A stretch of DNA of 60,192 nt, filler included. It is 5 parts of 5 records of this genome, joined end to end, with 100 filler letters (N's around TTAATTAATTAA, not from the genome) between each part and the next. Parts side by side here need not be neighbours in the genome. Positions count along the whole stretch, not along the records: positions 23,624 to 41,381 come from SRR31147125_27935; positions 41,482 to 47,098 come from SRR31147125_27954; 3 more parts are not named here. The stretch is one strand, 5' to 3'. Position numbers and translations under genes: made by a program. Below, one piece after another: positions 31,743 through 42,081 of this stretch. Under the pieces are notes generated by a model that was not told the DNA's origin, searched no databases, and saw only the letters and a list, made by a program, of their open reading frames with translations. The first letter of the stretch is position 1; each line of letters begins with the position of its first letter.

Positions 31743-32928
31743 GTTTTATACCTATCGTATTGTGTTTAGGTGAAAAGTTCCATAAGGCAATAGATAGTCC
31801 GGTGGTAAACCAAATCAACATTATCACTTCAGCGTCGCCAAAATTCCATTCAAAAAATCCATTAATATGAAATGCCAGGAAAATGGATAAAGCCGCTAAA
31901 GCCCAGGCAGCGCTTAGATCATTAAGAGGTGACAATGAGTTTCGTATTCGTAGTAATACTTTGAAAATAATGATTATCATGTATAGAAATGCTATAAAAC
32001 CAATCGAGCCAAGGGTAACGGCAATATGCACATAGTTACTGTGAAAGTGTCCGATTAATTCTTTAACATCCGCAGGAGCATATTTTTTATACATTTTTTG
32101 TGTACTTACATCGCCAATCCCAACAATTGGGTGGTCTTTAAAAATTTCCCATCCTGTGTGCCACCATGCCAGTCTTTTAGCATTGGTTGACATGTGCGGA
32201 TCGAACATATGTTTAACGCGATATTGAAAAGCACCAGGTGCTAAAAAATAGAACGAGATAGTGAGTACAGGCACGAGCAATAGTTTTCGGTTGGTAAAGA
32301 AAAAGATGAGTATCATACCAGCGAGAAATCCCAGCCAGGACCCGCGCGTATTCGTGAGGAAAAGGCATAGAATGTTAATGGCCGATAGAAAAAGTGCTGT
32401 GTATCGCCATTTCGGTTTTTTAACAACTGCAAATATGGCTAAACTTACGAGAGATCCTACCATGGTGATGCCACCAGCTGTCATGGAGTTTTGTATGTGT
32501 CGGACCCGAAGTGACGGATTTTGGAAAAAAGAAAGAATTCCTGAAAATGAATATAGAGTGATTGATATAAGGAAGAGGATCACGATGTGTTTAAATTGTT
32601 TCTCGTTTATCGTATTGTGCGCAATCAGATAAACAATAGGTATCAAAAGGAGTCGTTTCAGGAAAATAAATGATTGGGTGAAATTAGTGGAAAAAAACAG
32701 GGACAGGAGTGCTGCTGCGATAAATGCCAGAAAACCCCATTCTAAAGAGATTCGGCTTATTGTTGCACCTTTTGTGAAAGAAACGCGTGCAAGCCAGAAC
32801 ACAAGTGCTATTGTAAAGCTAATTTGAGTCACTGCGATCGAGAATGGCAATGCCGCTACAAACACGTATAAAAATCCAATTATGATTTTTTGAAAATAAA
32901 GGTCTGTTTTTGAATGTGTATTTTTCAT
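31735..32928 (-). CDS. O-antigen ligase (Wzy_C/WaaL) family protein
   Basis: Multi-pass membrane protein; TNTRGSWL; R..WW..G..IF.DHP..GIG; HFHSNY. Confidence 0.82.
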   Translation of the reverse strand: MKNTHSKTDLYFQKIIIGFLYVFVAALPFSIAVTQISFTIALVFWLARVSFTKGATISRISLEWGFLAFIAAALLSLFFSTNFTQSFIFLKRLLLIPIVYLIAHNTINEKQFKHIVILFLISITLYSFSGILSFFQNPSLRVRHIQNSMTAGGITMVGSLVSLAIFAVVKKPKWRYTALFLSAINILCLFLTNTRGSWLGFLAGMILIFFFTNRKLLLVPVLTISFYFLAPGAFQYRVKHMFDPHMSTNAKRLAWWHTGWEIFKDHPIVGIGDVSTQKMYKKYAPADVKELIGHFHSNYVHIAVTLGSIGFIAFLYMIIIIFKVLLRIRNSLSPLNDLSAAWALAALSIFLAFHINGFFEWNFGDAEVIMLIWFTTGLSIALWNFSPKHNTIGIKHE

Positions 32929-33145
32929 TTATAATATTGTCGTATTTTTTTAATAGTAAAAGTACAATGCTATTACACGATTTCGGGTAAAGCCAATAAT
33001 AAGACTCGAGATGATTTTTTTCCCGGCATTTTTTATCCTATTCAGGGATGCTGTTAATCCCTGGCAGAATTTTTGTTTATGTCGAATAAATTTGTCTTTC
33101 TCCAAAACACAATCTGATTATTATTATGGAACAATATAATGTCAA

Positions 33146-35056
33146 CTAAATTTCAAATGCATAGTCTCTTTTGAATTGCATATCATATAGCATCTTGTAG
33201 ACGCCTTTTTCATCCTTTAATTCCTCATGAGAACCGGATTGAACGATTTCACCATTTTTAATAACCAGGATTCGATCGGCATGGATGATCGTGGATAATC
33301 TGTGAGCGATCACAAATGATGTGCGCCCCATAAATAATCGATCGATTGCTTCCTGAACCAGCATTTCTGATTCGGTATCCAGGGCAGATGTGGCCTCATC
33401 AAAGATCAGGATGGGTGGATTTCTAAGAATTGCTCGCGCGATAGCTAACCGTTGCCTTTGGCCACCGGATAATTTAAATCCCCTGTCACCAATGACTGCT
33501 GCATAGCTGTCAGGCATTTCCGTAATGAACTGATGCGCGTTGGCTGCTTTGGCTGCCTGGATGATTTGTTCCTCTGTTGCTCCTTCTGATCCGTAAGCAA
33601 TATTGTTTTTTATCGTGTCGTGAAATAATATTGTCTCCTGAGTAACAATACCCAATTTTTTTCGAAATGAATCGATTGATAAATTTTTTAAATCAACTCC
33701 ATCGATTTCAATGCTTCCCTTTGTTGGGTCATAGAATCTGGCTAACAGATCTACCAGAGTCGATTTTCCGCCACCACTGGGTCCGACAATAGCAATGATT
33801 TGGCCGCTATTTACCTTAAAATTTATCTCTTTCAGGACATCTGTTTTTTTATCATATGAAAACCAGACGTTTTTATATTCAACTGTGTTTTGGAAATTTT
33901 CCATAATGATCGGATCAGGGATATCCACAATTTCAGGTATTGTGTCAATGATCTGGAATACACGATCTGCCGCCACCATGCCCTCTTTGAGATGATTATA
34001 TACCTGTCCAAGCAGCTTTAAAGGGTGAAACATGGAAAATAAAGCGCCAAGATAGAGAATAAATCCTCCGGGGCTCAGGGAGGTGGTGTGATCTATGACT
34101 TCGGAACCTCCGATAAATAAAACGATGGCACCAGCAATGACTCCGACATATTCATTTAACGCCGGGCTTAATTTTCTAATGCGTGTCATCCGGATTATTG
34201 TGCGGCAATAACCATCGTTTTCTCTCTTGAAATTCTCTATTTCTTTTTTATTCATTGTAAAAGCTTTGATGACTCTCATGCCATACAATGTTTCCTGAAT
34301 TATCGTAGTCAAATCAGCCATTCGTTGTTGACCAATCAGGCTGTCATGTTTGAGTTTGTTGCCCATTTTAGAAATTATGATGGCGATAACAGGGATAAGA
34401 AAGATAATAACAAGAGTGAGTTTCCAGCTCAGGATAATCAGGATGGCCAAATAAATGAGAATCATTGGGGGATCGCGAAACAGGCTGTTTGATGCGGCTG
34501 TAATTGAGGCATTTATCACGGTTACATCATTTGTGATTCTGGAAATGAGCTGACCGGCACGTTCGCCATGAAAAAAACGCAATGACAAACGATGAAAATG
34601 GGTATAAATCTCCTCGCGAAGATCGCGCATAACGCCCTGTTCAACAACAGAGATAAAAAAAGTTTGCATCACAGATGCCAGATTTTTAAGAAAAAATCCG
34701 ATAAGGATGACAATACACAATATCCGTAGAGCTGTCTGGCGGGGATAACGGTTTATCCATTCGTTCATTTTATATTCGAGTTGAGCCCGAATGTCCGGAA
34801 CAGCAGACATGAGTTCCTCAACATTCTTTTCTTTTTCAGTATTATTACTGGTGGTATCATCCGTAGTGATTGCAGGTCTGGCGGTTTCGACTATTTCCGT
34901 TTTTTCAAAACTGAAAAGAACGTTTATAAAAGGCATTATTAGACCTAAAGAAAACGTGCTGAAAATAACGAATAACAGCATAAATGTTATAGAACCAGCA
35001 AGATGAGCTTTATATCTAAAGACGTATTTGAGAATTCTTTTATAGCATTTAATCAT
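33146..35056 (-). CDS. MsbA-like ABC exporter (membrane domain + NBD)
   Basis: GPSGGGKST; LSGGQRQR; FDEATSALD. Confidence 0.9.
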   Translation of the reverse strand: MIKCYKRILKYVFRYKAHLAGSITFMLLFVIFSTFSLGLIMPFINVLFSFEKTEIVETARPAITTDDTTSNNTEKEKNVEELMSAVPDIRAQLEYKMNEWINRYPRQTALRILCIVILIGFFLKNLASVMQTFFISVVEQGVMRDLREEIYTHFHRLSLRFFHGERAGQLISRITNDVTVINASITAASNSLFRDPPMILIYLAILIILSWKLTLVIIFLIPVIAIIISKMGNKLKHDSLIGQQRMADLTTIIQETLYGMRVIKAFTMNKKEIENFKRENDGYCRTIIRMTRIRKLSPALNEYVGVIAGAIVLFIGGSEVIDHTTSLSPGGFILYLGALFSMFHPLKLLGQVYNHLKEGMVAADRVFQIIDTIPEIVDIPDPIIMENFQNTVEYKNVWFSYDKKTDVLKEINFKVNSGQIIAIVGPSGGGKSTLVDLLARFYDPTKGSIEIDGVDLKNLSIDSFRKKLGIVTQETILFHDTIKNNIAYGSEGATEEQIIQAAKAANAHQFITEMPDSYAAVIGDRGFKLSGGQRQRLAIARAILRNPPILIFDEATSALDTESEMLVQEAIDRLFMGRTSFVIAHRLSTIIHADRILVIKNGEIVQSGSHEELKDEKGVYKMLYDMQFKRDYAFEI

Positions 35057-35321
35057 AGAGTTCTTTAAAAAAAGTGAAAAAAATAATTTAAATTTGCTTT
35101 ATAACGATTTTAGTATATCAAACAAGATTATAAAGACCTGATTTTATATAATAAAACAGGAATGGTCATTATGAATCAGGTCGTTAAAATACACAAAATA
35201 TTATTTCTCTGGAACTTTAAAGGCAAGAAATAATGAGAAATATACGGCACTCCATTTATCGCTTGCAAGCTCAAAAGCCTGACTATCGATGTTGAGGGTG
35301 AGAAAAAAAGCGATTCGTTTT

Positions 35322-35498
35322 TTAATCTTCGGTCTCCTTAAAATCTACATCTTCGATATCCTCATTCGTAAGATCAAGAGGTTTTGATTGGGAATCACCT
35401 CGAACTTCTGATTGAGATTTTCCTGAATGTAGCAGTGTGCTCAGGAGTTTTACAGCCCAGAAAATTAATAAAACAAATATTAATAATCTAAAAAACAT
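35322..35498 (-). CDS. 58-aa single-pass membrane protein with acidic tail; not in the ORF track
   Basis: MFFRLLIFVLLIFWAVKLL...DIEDVDFKETED*. Confidence 0.65.
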   Translation of the reverse strand: MFFRLLIFVLLIFWAVKLLSTLLHSGKSQSEVRGDSQSKPLDLTNEDIEDVDFKETED

Positions 35499-35527
35499 TT
35501 TACAAATGTTTCCTTTACCTAAAATAC

Positions 35528-35555
35528 TACAAGAGGGTTTGTAAGCCCTCTTGTA
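35528..35555. terminator. Hairpin downstream of the folB-folK-dNK operon
   Basis: TACAAGAGGG/CCCTCTTGTA perfect 10-bp stem; weak U-tract. Confidence 0.45.
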
Positions 35556-35646
35556 TTCTAAAAAAGTGAAATTTTATGACTCACTGGCTCAGCAAAAAGT
35601 ATATAAATAGTGACCGAACCTGGGGAATCGTTTTTACATGCTTTAC

Positions 35647-36279
35647 CTATCCGGGAGAATAATACTCTATACCTGAATGGGGGCGCATGATTTGATTGAC
35701 AAGTTCTTCAAAGTCCTCCTTGATATTGACAAAATCCAGGAGAGAGCTGTTAACAACCAAAAGCGGTGTATTATTGTAATGAAAAAAGAACCGGTTATAA
35801 GCTTCATTTAAGGAGCGAATATAATCCTCAGAGAGTTCTTTTTCGTAGTTTCTGCCTCGTTTTTTAATATTAGCCATCAATCTTTCATGCTTTGATTGCA
35901 AGTATACAACCAGATCGGGTTTAAGGATATCTTTTTCCAATAAGGAGGCGACCCGATCATACAGAAAGAGTTCGCGGTCCTCCAGATTTAAATGAGCGAA
36001 GATTCGATCCTTAGCGAACAGATAATCTGAAATCATCGTTTGATGAAATAAATCTGGTTGAACATTATCCTGTTGTTGCCGGTAACGGCTTAATAGGAAA
36101 AATAACTGAGTTTGAAAAGCGTATCGTTGAGGATCGCGATAAAAATCCTCGAGAAATGGATTTTCTTCCGGCTTTTCATATATTACTCGCGCATTAAGCC
36201 ATTCACCCAGCATTTTCGCCAGGCTTGTTTTCCCCGCCCCAATGACGCCTTCGATACAAATGTAATTAGGTATACTCAC
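35647..36279 (-). CDS. Deoxynucleoside kinase
   Basis: IEGVIGAGKTSL; QLFFLLSRY; KRGR.YE. Confidence 0.9.
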   Translation of the reverse strand: MSIPNYICIEGVIGAGKTSLAKMLGEWLNARVIYEKPEENPFLEDFYRDPQRYAFQTQLFFLLSRYRQQQDNVQPDLFHQTMISDYLFAKDRIFAHLNLEDRELFLYDRVASLLEKDILKPDLVVYLQSKHERLMANIKKRGRNYEKELSEDYIRSLNEAYNRFFFHYNNTPLLVVNSSLLDFVNIKEDFEELVNQIMRPHSGIEYYSPG

Positions 36280-36803
36280 GATTGGACCTCTTTGAGCTTT
36301 TTTTGTAGAGCATGAGAGGCTTTATAAAAAGTTACTTTGTTTTGATCCGGGCATTCTTTCAGTAATTGATGAACAGTTTTGTTTAATCCTTTAACCGTAT
36401 AATTCGGCGCAATTTCATCAAACGGAACCAGCACAAAACGACGTGCGTGTAGCTCAGCGTGAGGGATCACCAAATTCGGATTGTTTAAAACGACATTGTC
36501 CATAGCTAATATATCAAGATCAATAGTTCTTGGTCCCCATTTTAAGTCACGAGTTCTACCCAAATCTTTTTCTATTTTATGGAGATCCTTGAGAATTTGT
36601 TCCGGATTTAGATTTGTTTGCACGTTAAAAGCGGCATTCAAAAAATAGTCCTGATCCGGTTCGCCAACAGGCTCTGTTTCATAGACACTGGAGATGTTAT
36701 TTATGGAGTAATGCTGCAACTTACTCATGTTGACAACGGCTTTATTCAGATTTAAAAGCCGATCACCCATATTTGAACCAATCCCTATGAAAACGCGAGG
36801 CAT
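36276..36803 (-). CDS. folK: HPPK (6-hydroxymethyl-dihydropterin pyrophosphokinase)
   Basis: GIGSNMGDR; YETEP; WGPRTIDLDIL; RRFVLVP. Confidence 0.95.
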   Translation of the reverse strand: MPRVFIGIGSNMGDRLLNLNKAVVNMSKLQHYSINNISSVYETEPVGEPDQDYFLNAAFNVQTNLNPEQILKDLHKIEKDLGRTRDLKWGPRTIDLDILAMDNVVLNNPNLVIPHAELHARRFVLVPFDEIAPNYTVKGLNKTVHQLLKECPDQNKVTFYKASHALQKKLKEVQS

Positions 36804-36809
36804 AACATC

Positions 36810-37175
36810 TTAACTTTTTTTACGTGAAATCACAATTTCTGTTCCATTCGCCAGGCCACCCAGAGGAGCAAAGGGCTTTTTTACGCGAACATTGACTTCA
36901 TCGACATTAAAATTTTGCAAAATGACGTTTGCAATTCGTTGGCTGACGGATTCTATCAGATAAAAACGTTTATTAACAACAACGTTATGGACTTGTTTGT
37001 ATATTTCACGTACATCAATGGTGTCTTTAATACGATCCGATTCTGCCGCAACAGATGCATCAAAAGTCATTTCTACATCGATTTCAAACCGCTGTCCATT
37101 TTCCATCTCATGGTGTTCGAGTCCGTGGTAGGCATGAAATATCATGCCCATTACTTTAAGCGTATCTTTTGCCAT
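36810..37175 (-). CDS. folB: Dihydroneopterin aldolase
   Basis: HAYHG..E...GQRFEID; LIE; VKKP. Confidence 0.9.
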   Translation of the reverse strand: MAKDTLKVMGMIFHAYHGLEHHEMENGQRFEIDVEMTFDASVAAESDRIKDTIDVREIYKQVHNVVVNKRFYLIESVSQRIANVILQNFNVDEVNVRVKKPFAPLGGLANGTEIVISRKKS

Positions 37176-37212
37176 TGATTTTGTAAATTTCCATATAGTC
37201 AAATTAAATTTA

Positions 37213-37241
37213 AATATATTAAAATATGGTTTGATTGTCAA
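37213..37241 (-). promoter_or_regulatory. Sigma70-type promoter for folB-folK-dNK
   Basis: TTGACA - 17 nt - TATATT on the minus strand, ~40 nt upstream of the folB ATG. Confidence 0.65.
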
Positions 37242-37673
37242 GATAAAATAAACGTTGAAAAATTGGTTAACGTTATAAAAAACAATACAATCCTTGAATT
37301 GCAGGCCTGCTCTGGTCCATACGCCGTGTGCTAAATGAAAGCCACCAGGCGATTTTTGTTATTAAAGAGTGTCTTGTGTGCAAAGCAAATTACAAGTACA
37401 TCCTTTATTCTAACATCTTTATTGATAGCAGATTACATAAAGTTCGGACTAGTAATATGATCGTTTTGAGGAATCTTGCCGGCGTTACTCGGGTTGAGTT
37501 TTCCCGTTTTGTGATTTATATACGCAAAGCGTTCAGATATGAACGTTTTAATTGTTTATTAATAGAAATACCTGTAACTCGAAAGAGATGTCAGCAAATT
37601 GAAATCAATCCTTTTTGTGCTCGATAAATTATATTGATGTGCATGCAAAGGGTGCTAATAGAAAAAGACATTT

Positions 37674-38231
37674 TTACTTGTAGATAAAATTTATTTCAGC
37701 GTTATCTATAGTTGGTAATTTGATATCTTTATCAGACAAGATAACGTTAGAGCTGTTTAAAGGCCATTCAATATTAATGGTCGGATCATTCCAAATGAGG
37801 CCTGCTTCAGATTTAGGCGAATAAAATGCTGAACATTTGTAAGAAAATTCAGCCGTATCTGATAAAACATAAAATCCGTGTGCGAATCCAGGGGGGATAT
37901 ACAGGGATTTTTTGTTTTCTGCGGAAAGTTCTTCTCCAACCCATTGTGCAAAAGTTGGAGAACCTTTACGAATATCAACAGCCACATCAAATACAGATCC
38001 TAAAGTGACCCTGATTAATTTACCCTGGGCATGTGGATTCAGCTGATAATGCAGACCTCTCAACGTTCCTTTTACTGAGCGGCTCATATTGTCCTGAACG
38101 AAATTACATGAAATACCATTTTGAGAAAACTTTTTTTGATTATAACTTTCCATAAAGTAACCGCGTTCATCGGTATAGACAATCGGCTCAATGAGAATTA
38201 CATCTTTCAGCTCTGTGGGAATAAAGCGCAT
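37674..38231 (-). CDS. rfbC: dTDP-4-dehydrorhamnose 3,5-epimerase
   Basis: DERGYF; GTLRGLHYQ; DVAVDIR.GSPT; GFAHGF. Confidence 0.95.
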   Translation of the reverse strand: MRFIPTELKDVILIEPIVYTDERGYFMESYNQKKFSQNGISCNFVQDNMSRSVKGTLRGLHYQLNPHAQGKLIRVTLGSVFDVAVDIRKGSPTFAQWVGEELSAENKKSLYIPPGFAHGFYVLSDTAEFSYKCSAFYSPKSEAGLIWNDPTINIEWPLNSSNVILSDKDIKLPTIDNAEINFIYK

Positions 38232-38487
38232 ACGATTTTGCTCCTTGTATTAAATAGAAATAATTCTAAATTTTTATATATATGAATTACTTTGCAAAAA
38301 AGCAACCATTTGGTTCCATATATCTTTATATCTCAGGGAATAGTGTAAATATATGAGTTCATTTTTTTAAAAAGTTCTTATCAGCAGGACATTTTAAGGC
38401 ATTATTTTCCAGCAGATTGGTTGATTTACCTTTATTGAAAATTAGTACTAAATTCCATTCACAAAAGGTGCAAACAGAGGAGAAAAC

Positions 38488-39594
38488 ATGAATTCATTAA
38501 AACGAAGAGACTTTTTTAGAAAAGCATCGATAGGGGCTTCGTCTCTCATGTTGGGATGTCAATCTGAAGAGCCTGGAGAAGCGCCAGCTGTTCATACACG
38601 GAAAAGGTACAAATGGAAAATGGTCACTACCTGGCTTCCACATTTTCCGATTCTTGGTGAAGGAGCTGACAATATCGCCAAATGGATTGAGGACATGTCT
38701 GGTGGTCAGTTGCAAATACAAGTTTACGGTGGCGGTGAACTTGTTCCGGCTCTGGAAGCCTTTGATGCAGTCACAATGGGCGTTGCCGAGATGGGTCATG
38801 GTGCTTCCTATTACTGGGCTGGTAAAGCACCTGTATTGCAATTGTTTGCTTCTGTTCCTTTTGGAATGAATGCACAGCAGATGAATGCCTGGTTATATAA
38901 AGGGGGTGGCCTTGAACTCTGGGAAAAGGTCTATTCTGATTTTAACCTCTTGCCCTTGCCGGTAGGTAATACAGGTGTACAGGTGGGCGGATGGTTTAAT
39001 AAGGAAATCAATTCTGTTTCGGACCTAAAGGGGCTGAAGATGCGCATACCCGGATTGGGGGGAAAGGTTATCGCAAAAGCCGGTGGGTCGGCCATCCTGT
39101 CAGCTGGTGGAGAAATTTATACCAATCTGGAACGTGGAGTCATAGATGCAACCGAATGGATTGGACCCTTTCATGACTATTTGATGGGATTTCACAGAAT
39201 CGCGAAATACTGCTATTATCCTGGCTGGCATGAACCCGGAACAACGATAGAAATGTTTGTGAATAAAGGAGCCTACGAAAAATTACCCGGCGAGTTGCAG
39301 CACATCATCCGGGCTGCCGCGGCAAAGTCGAATTTGTGGGTGCTTTCCGAATTTGAATCAAAAAACAGAGAATATTTGCAAAAGTTACGAGCTGAATCTG
39401 ATGTAAAATTTATTAAATTTCCACATGATGTTCTTTTGGCTTTTAAAAACTATTCCAAACAAGTGCTCGATGAATTGGTGGAAAAGGATGCAATGACAAG
39501 ATCTGTGTTTGAATCTTTTGATACTTTTCACAAGAGTATTTCAGAATGGTCCACGCTATCCGAACAGGCTTATTATCTGGATGTGAGTTCCTGA
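38488..39594 (+). CDS. dctP: TRAP substrate-binding protein DctP (TakP-like) with Tat signal
   Basis: KRRDFF..LGC; YYWAGK; GNTG.Q.GGWF; KMRIPG; YPGWHEP. Confidence 0.9.
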   Translation: MNSLKRRDFFRKASIGASSLMLGCQSEEPGEAPAVHTRKRYKWKMVTTWLPHFPILGEGADNIAKWIEDMSGGQLQIQVYGGGELVPALEAFDAVTMGVAEMGHGASYYWAGKAPVLQLFASVPFGMNAQQMNAWLYKGGGLELWEKVYSDFNLLPLPVGNTGVQVGGWFNKEINSVSDLKGLKMRIPGLGGKVIAKAGGSAILSAGGEIYTNLERGVIDATEWIGPFHDYLMGFHRIAKYCYYPGWHEPGTTIEMFVNKGAYEKLPGELQHIIRAAAAKSNLWVLSEFESKNREYLQKLRAESDVKFIKFPHDVLLAFKNYSKQVLDELVEKDAMTRSVFESFDTFHKSISEWSTLSEQAYYLDVSS

Positions 39595-39662
39595 AATCTT
39601 GTGGTTTGAAATATATTAATCCGTGCCGAGCCGGAATTTATTGTTTTTGTACGTTTTGTTGA

Positions 39663-40985
39663 CTAGTTTGCCATCATAGCTGGAAGCCATGTTGTTAATT
39701 CGGGGACCAAAATCACCAAACTAAGTGCTATGATTTGAATGATTATAAAGGGGATAATTCCCTTATAGATATGGCTGGTATTTATCTCTTTTGTACATAC
39801 GCCTTTGAGATAAAATAAAGAGAATCCGAATGGTGGCGTTAAAAAAGATGTTTGCAGGTTTAAAGCAATGAGAATGCCAATCCAGACAAGGTTAATTTCC
39901 ATTTTAACAAATATGGGGGCAATGACAGGAACAATGATAAAAGTAATTTCGATAAAATCGATAAAAAAGCCTGCGATAAAAATGATAACCATGACGAATG
40001 CAAGGAACGTGTAAGGTCCGAAATGAGAGTCCAGAATAAAATTGGTTAATATCCGATCCCCATTCATTCCTCTAAAAACCAATCCAAAAGCGGTCGCGCC
40101 GACCAGGATAATAAAAACCATGGATGTAAGGTGCGTTGTCTCGGATATGACGGATTTCAGGGTTTTCATTCTGAATTTTCCCTGCAGGATGGTCAAGACT
40201 GTCGCTCCCAAAGCTCCAACAGCCGCCGCTTCTGTGGGAGAGGCAATACCGGCAAAAATAGACCCAAGCACTGCTAAAATGAGTAAGAAGGGTAAAAGAA
40301 AGGCTGTCAGAATTCTTTTTACCATTTTGATGCCTCTGAATTGTTCCAGTTCCTTAGCTGGCATGGATGGAGCATATTCCGGTTTCGTTTTGGACAGGAT
40401 AAAAATCCAGGCAAGATAGAGAACAACCAGGATGAAACCCGGTATAACAGCGGCCATAAAGAGATCTCCTACGGAAATATTTAATACACTGCCAAGTAAA
40501 ACGAGAACAATACTTGGTGGAATAATTTGCCCCAGGGTGCCGGATGCTGCAATGGTTCCGGTTGCTACTTTGGGATCGTAGCCACGTTTCAACATAGTTG
40601 GCAGGCTAAGAAGCCCCATAGTGACAACTGTCGCGCCAACAATCCCTGTTGATGCGGCCAGCATCGCTCCTACCACTACGACAGAGATTGCCAAACCACC
40701 ACGAATTCTTCCAAAAAGTAAAGCCATCGTTTCCAGTAATTGTTCAGCCAGGCCGGATTTTTCGAGCATAACACCCATAAAGATAAACAACGGCACAGCG
40801 ATTAATACATAATTGGTCATGACCCCCCAAATGCGTAAGGGGAGGAGATTGAAAAAGTTAAGGCCAAATGTAGCTATTCCAAAGATGAATGATACTCCCC
40901 CGAGTGTGAACGCAACGGGAAAGCCAAACATTAAAAGAATAAAGAGTGACAGAAAAAGCAAAAATGGCATCAACTCAGCCATCAT
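39663..40985 (-). CDS. dctM: TRAP large permease DctM
   Basis: AVPLFIFMG; GTLGQIIPPS; SFLTPPFG. Confidence 0.92.
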   Translation of the reverse strand: MMAELMPFLLFLSLFILLMFGFPVAFTLGGVSFIFGIATFGLNFFNLLPLRIWGVMTNYVLIAVPLFIFMGVMLEKSGLAEQLLETMALLFGRIRGGLAISVVVVGAMLAASTGIVGATVVTMGLLSLPTMLKRGYDPKVATGTIAASGTLGQIIPPSIVLVLLGSVLNISVGDLFMAAVIPGFILVVLYLAWIFILSKTKPEYAPSMPAKELEQFRGIKMVKRILTAFLLPFLLILAVLGSIFAGIASPTEAAAVGALGATVLTILQGKFRMKTLKSVISETTHLTSMVFIILVGATAFGLVFRGMNGDRILTNFILDSHFGPYTFLAFVMVIIFIAGFFIDFIEITFIIVPVIAPIFVKMEINLVWIGILIALNLQTSFLTPPFGFSLFYLKGVCTKEINTSHIYKGIIPFIIIQIIALSLVILVPELTTWLPAMMAN

Positions 40986-41381
40986 TTAATCTCCTTTGAT
41001 TCAGGATTCGTTTCCATAATAGTCAAGAGTGAGTTAAATGCAAAGGCGAATGCCTGAAAAAGGACCAGTACAAATGCCAATGGAATGGCCATTTTTAAGA
41101 GATAGCGAGCGGGTAGGCCACCCGGATCCGGGGAGGTCTCTTTGATTTTAAGAGAGAGGAGGATAAAATTTTTCGAACTCCAGATCACAAGAAGGGAAAA
41201 AGGAATTAAAAAAAGAATACTTCCTGTCAGGTCGATCCAGGCTTTTTTCTTTTTGAAAAGGCTGAATAGAAAACATCGACCCTGACATGTCTGTCATGTA
41301 ACAGTGTCGAAGCAGCTCCAAGTAGAAAAATAATCGCAAACAAGTGCCATTCCAGTTCCTGAACCGCCACGATACTCTTTT
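40982..41381 (-). CDS. dctQ: TRAP small permease DctQ (partial, several homopolymer indels)
   Basis: Fragments across frames: [29 protein letters not shown]. Confidence 0.75.
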
Positions 41382-41481
41382 NNNNNNNNNNNNNNNNNNN
41401 NNNNNNNNNNNNNNNNNNNNNNNNNTTAATTAATTAANNNNNNNNNNNNNNNNNNNNNNNNNNNNNNNNNNNNNNNNNNNN
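41382..41481. other. Artificial contig spacer
   Basis: 44 N + TTAATTAATTAA + 44 N. Confidence 0.98.
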
Positions 41482-41664
41482 GCAACAGTTAATTATACGC
41501 TACCTAATTTTGAATCCGATCAAATATGCTGTATTGAATTTGTTTTTGCTGAAATTTGAAAGAAGTTAAATAAATAAAGGAAATAAAGTGTTTAAAAATA
41601 GGCTGATAAAATGCTAAAATATTATAAAATGAGATGGTAATAATATTAAACAAGGAGGGTTGTC

Positions 41665-42081
41665 ATGGGTTCACTGTTTGAAGATATTCGGGATGGCATT
41701 CGGGACGGTATCGAATTTGTCGCTGACAAGACAGATGAATATACCAAAATAGGCAAATTAAAAGTAGAAATCCTGGGTGTTAAAAGAAACATAGAGAAAC
41801 TTTTCTCTGAATTAGGTGGAAGGACCTATGAACTGCTCAGTGAAAAAGGTACCAAGAACGTCTCTGGTGATGAAGAGGTTAAACGTCTGGTTGCTGAAAT
41901 AGAAGAGCTGGAAAAAAAACTGGATGGTAAAAAAGACCAGATAAAGGAAATTAGGGAAGAAAAGGACAAACAGCGCAAAGAGCGTGATGAGGCAAAACAA
42001 ACAGAAGCTGAAAAAACGGATGATGTGGAAGATGCACATGTTGTTGATGAAACAGAGGAAGAAGAAAAGGACTCGAAATAG
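41665..42081 (+). CDS. Hypothetical coiled-coil protein
   Basis: AAGGAGG RBS; charged helical sequence (IGKLK...ELGG..Y). Confidence 0.75.
   Translation: MGSLFEDIRDGIRDGIEFVADKTDEYTKIGKLKVEILGVKRNIEKLFSELGGRTYELLSEKGTKNVSGDEEVKRLVAEIEELEKKLDGKKDQIKEIREEKDKQRKERDEAKQTEAEKTDDVEDAHVVDETEEEEKDSK

Noticed and set aside
37328-37627. 99-aa ORF between folB and rfbC
   Set aside because: No RBS, no motif, opposite to both neighbours; no RNA family recognisable either
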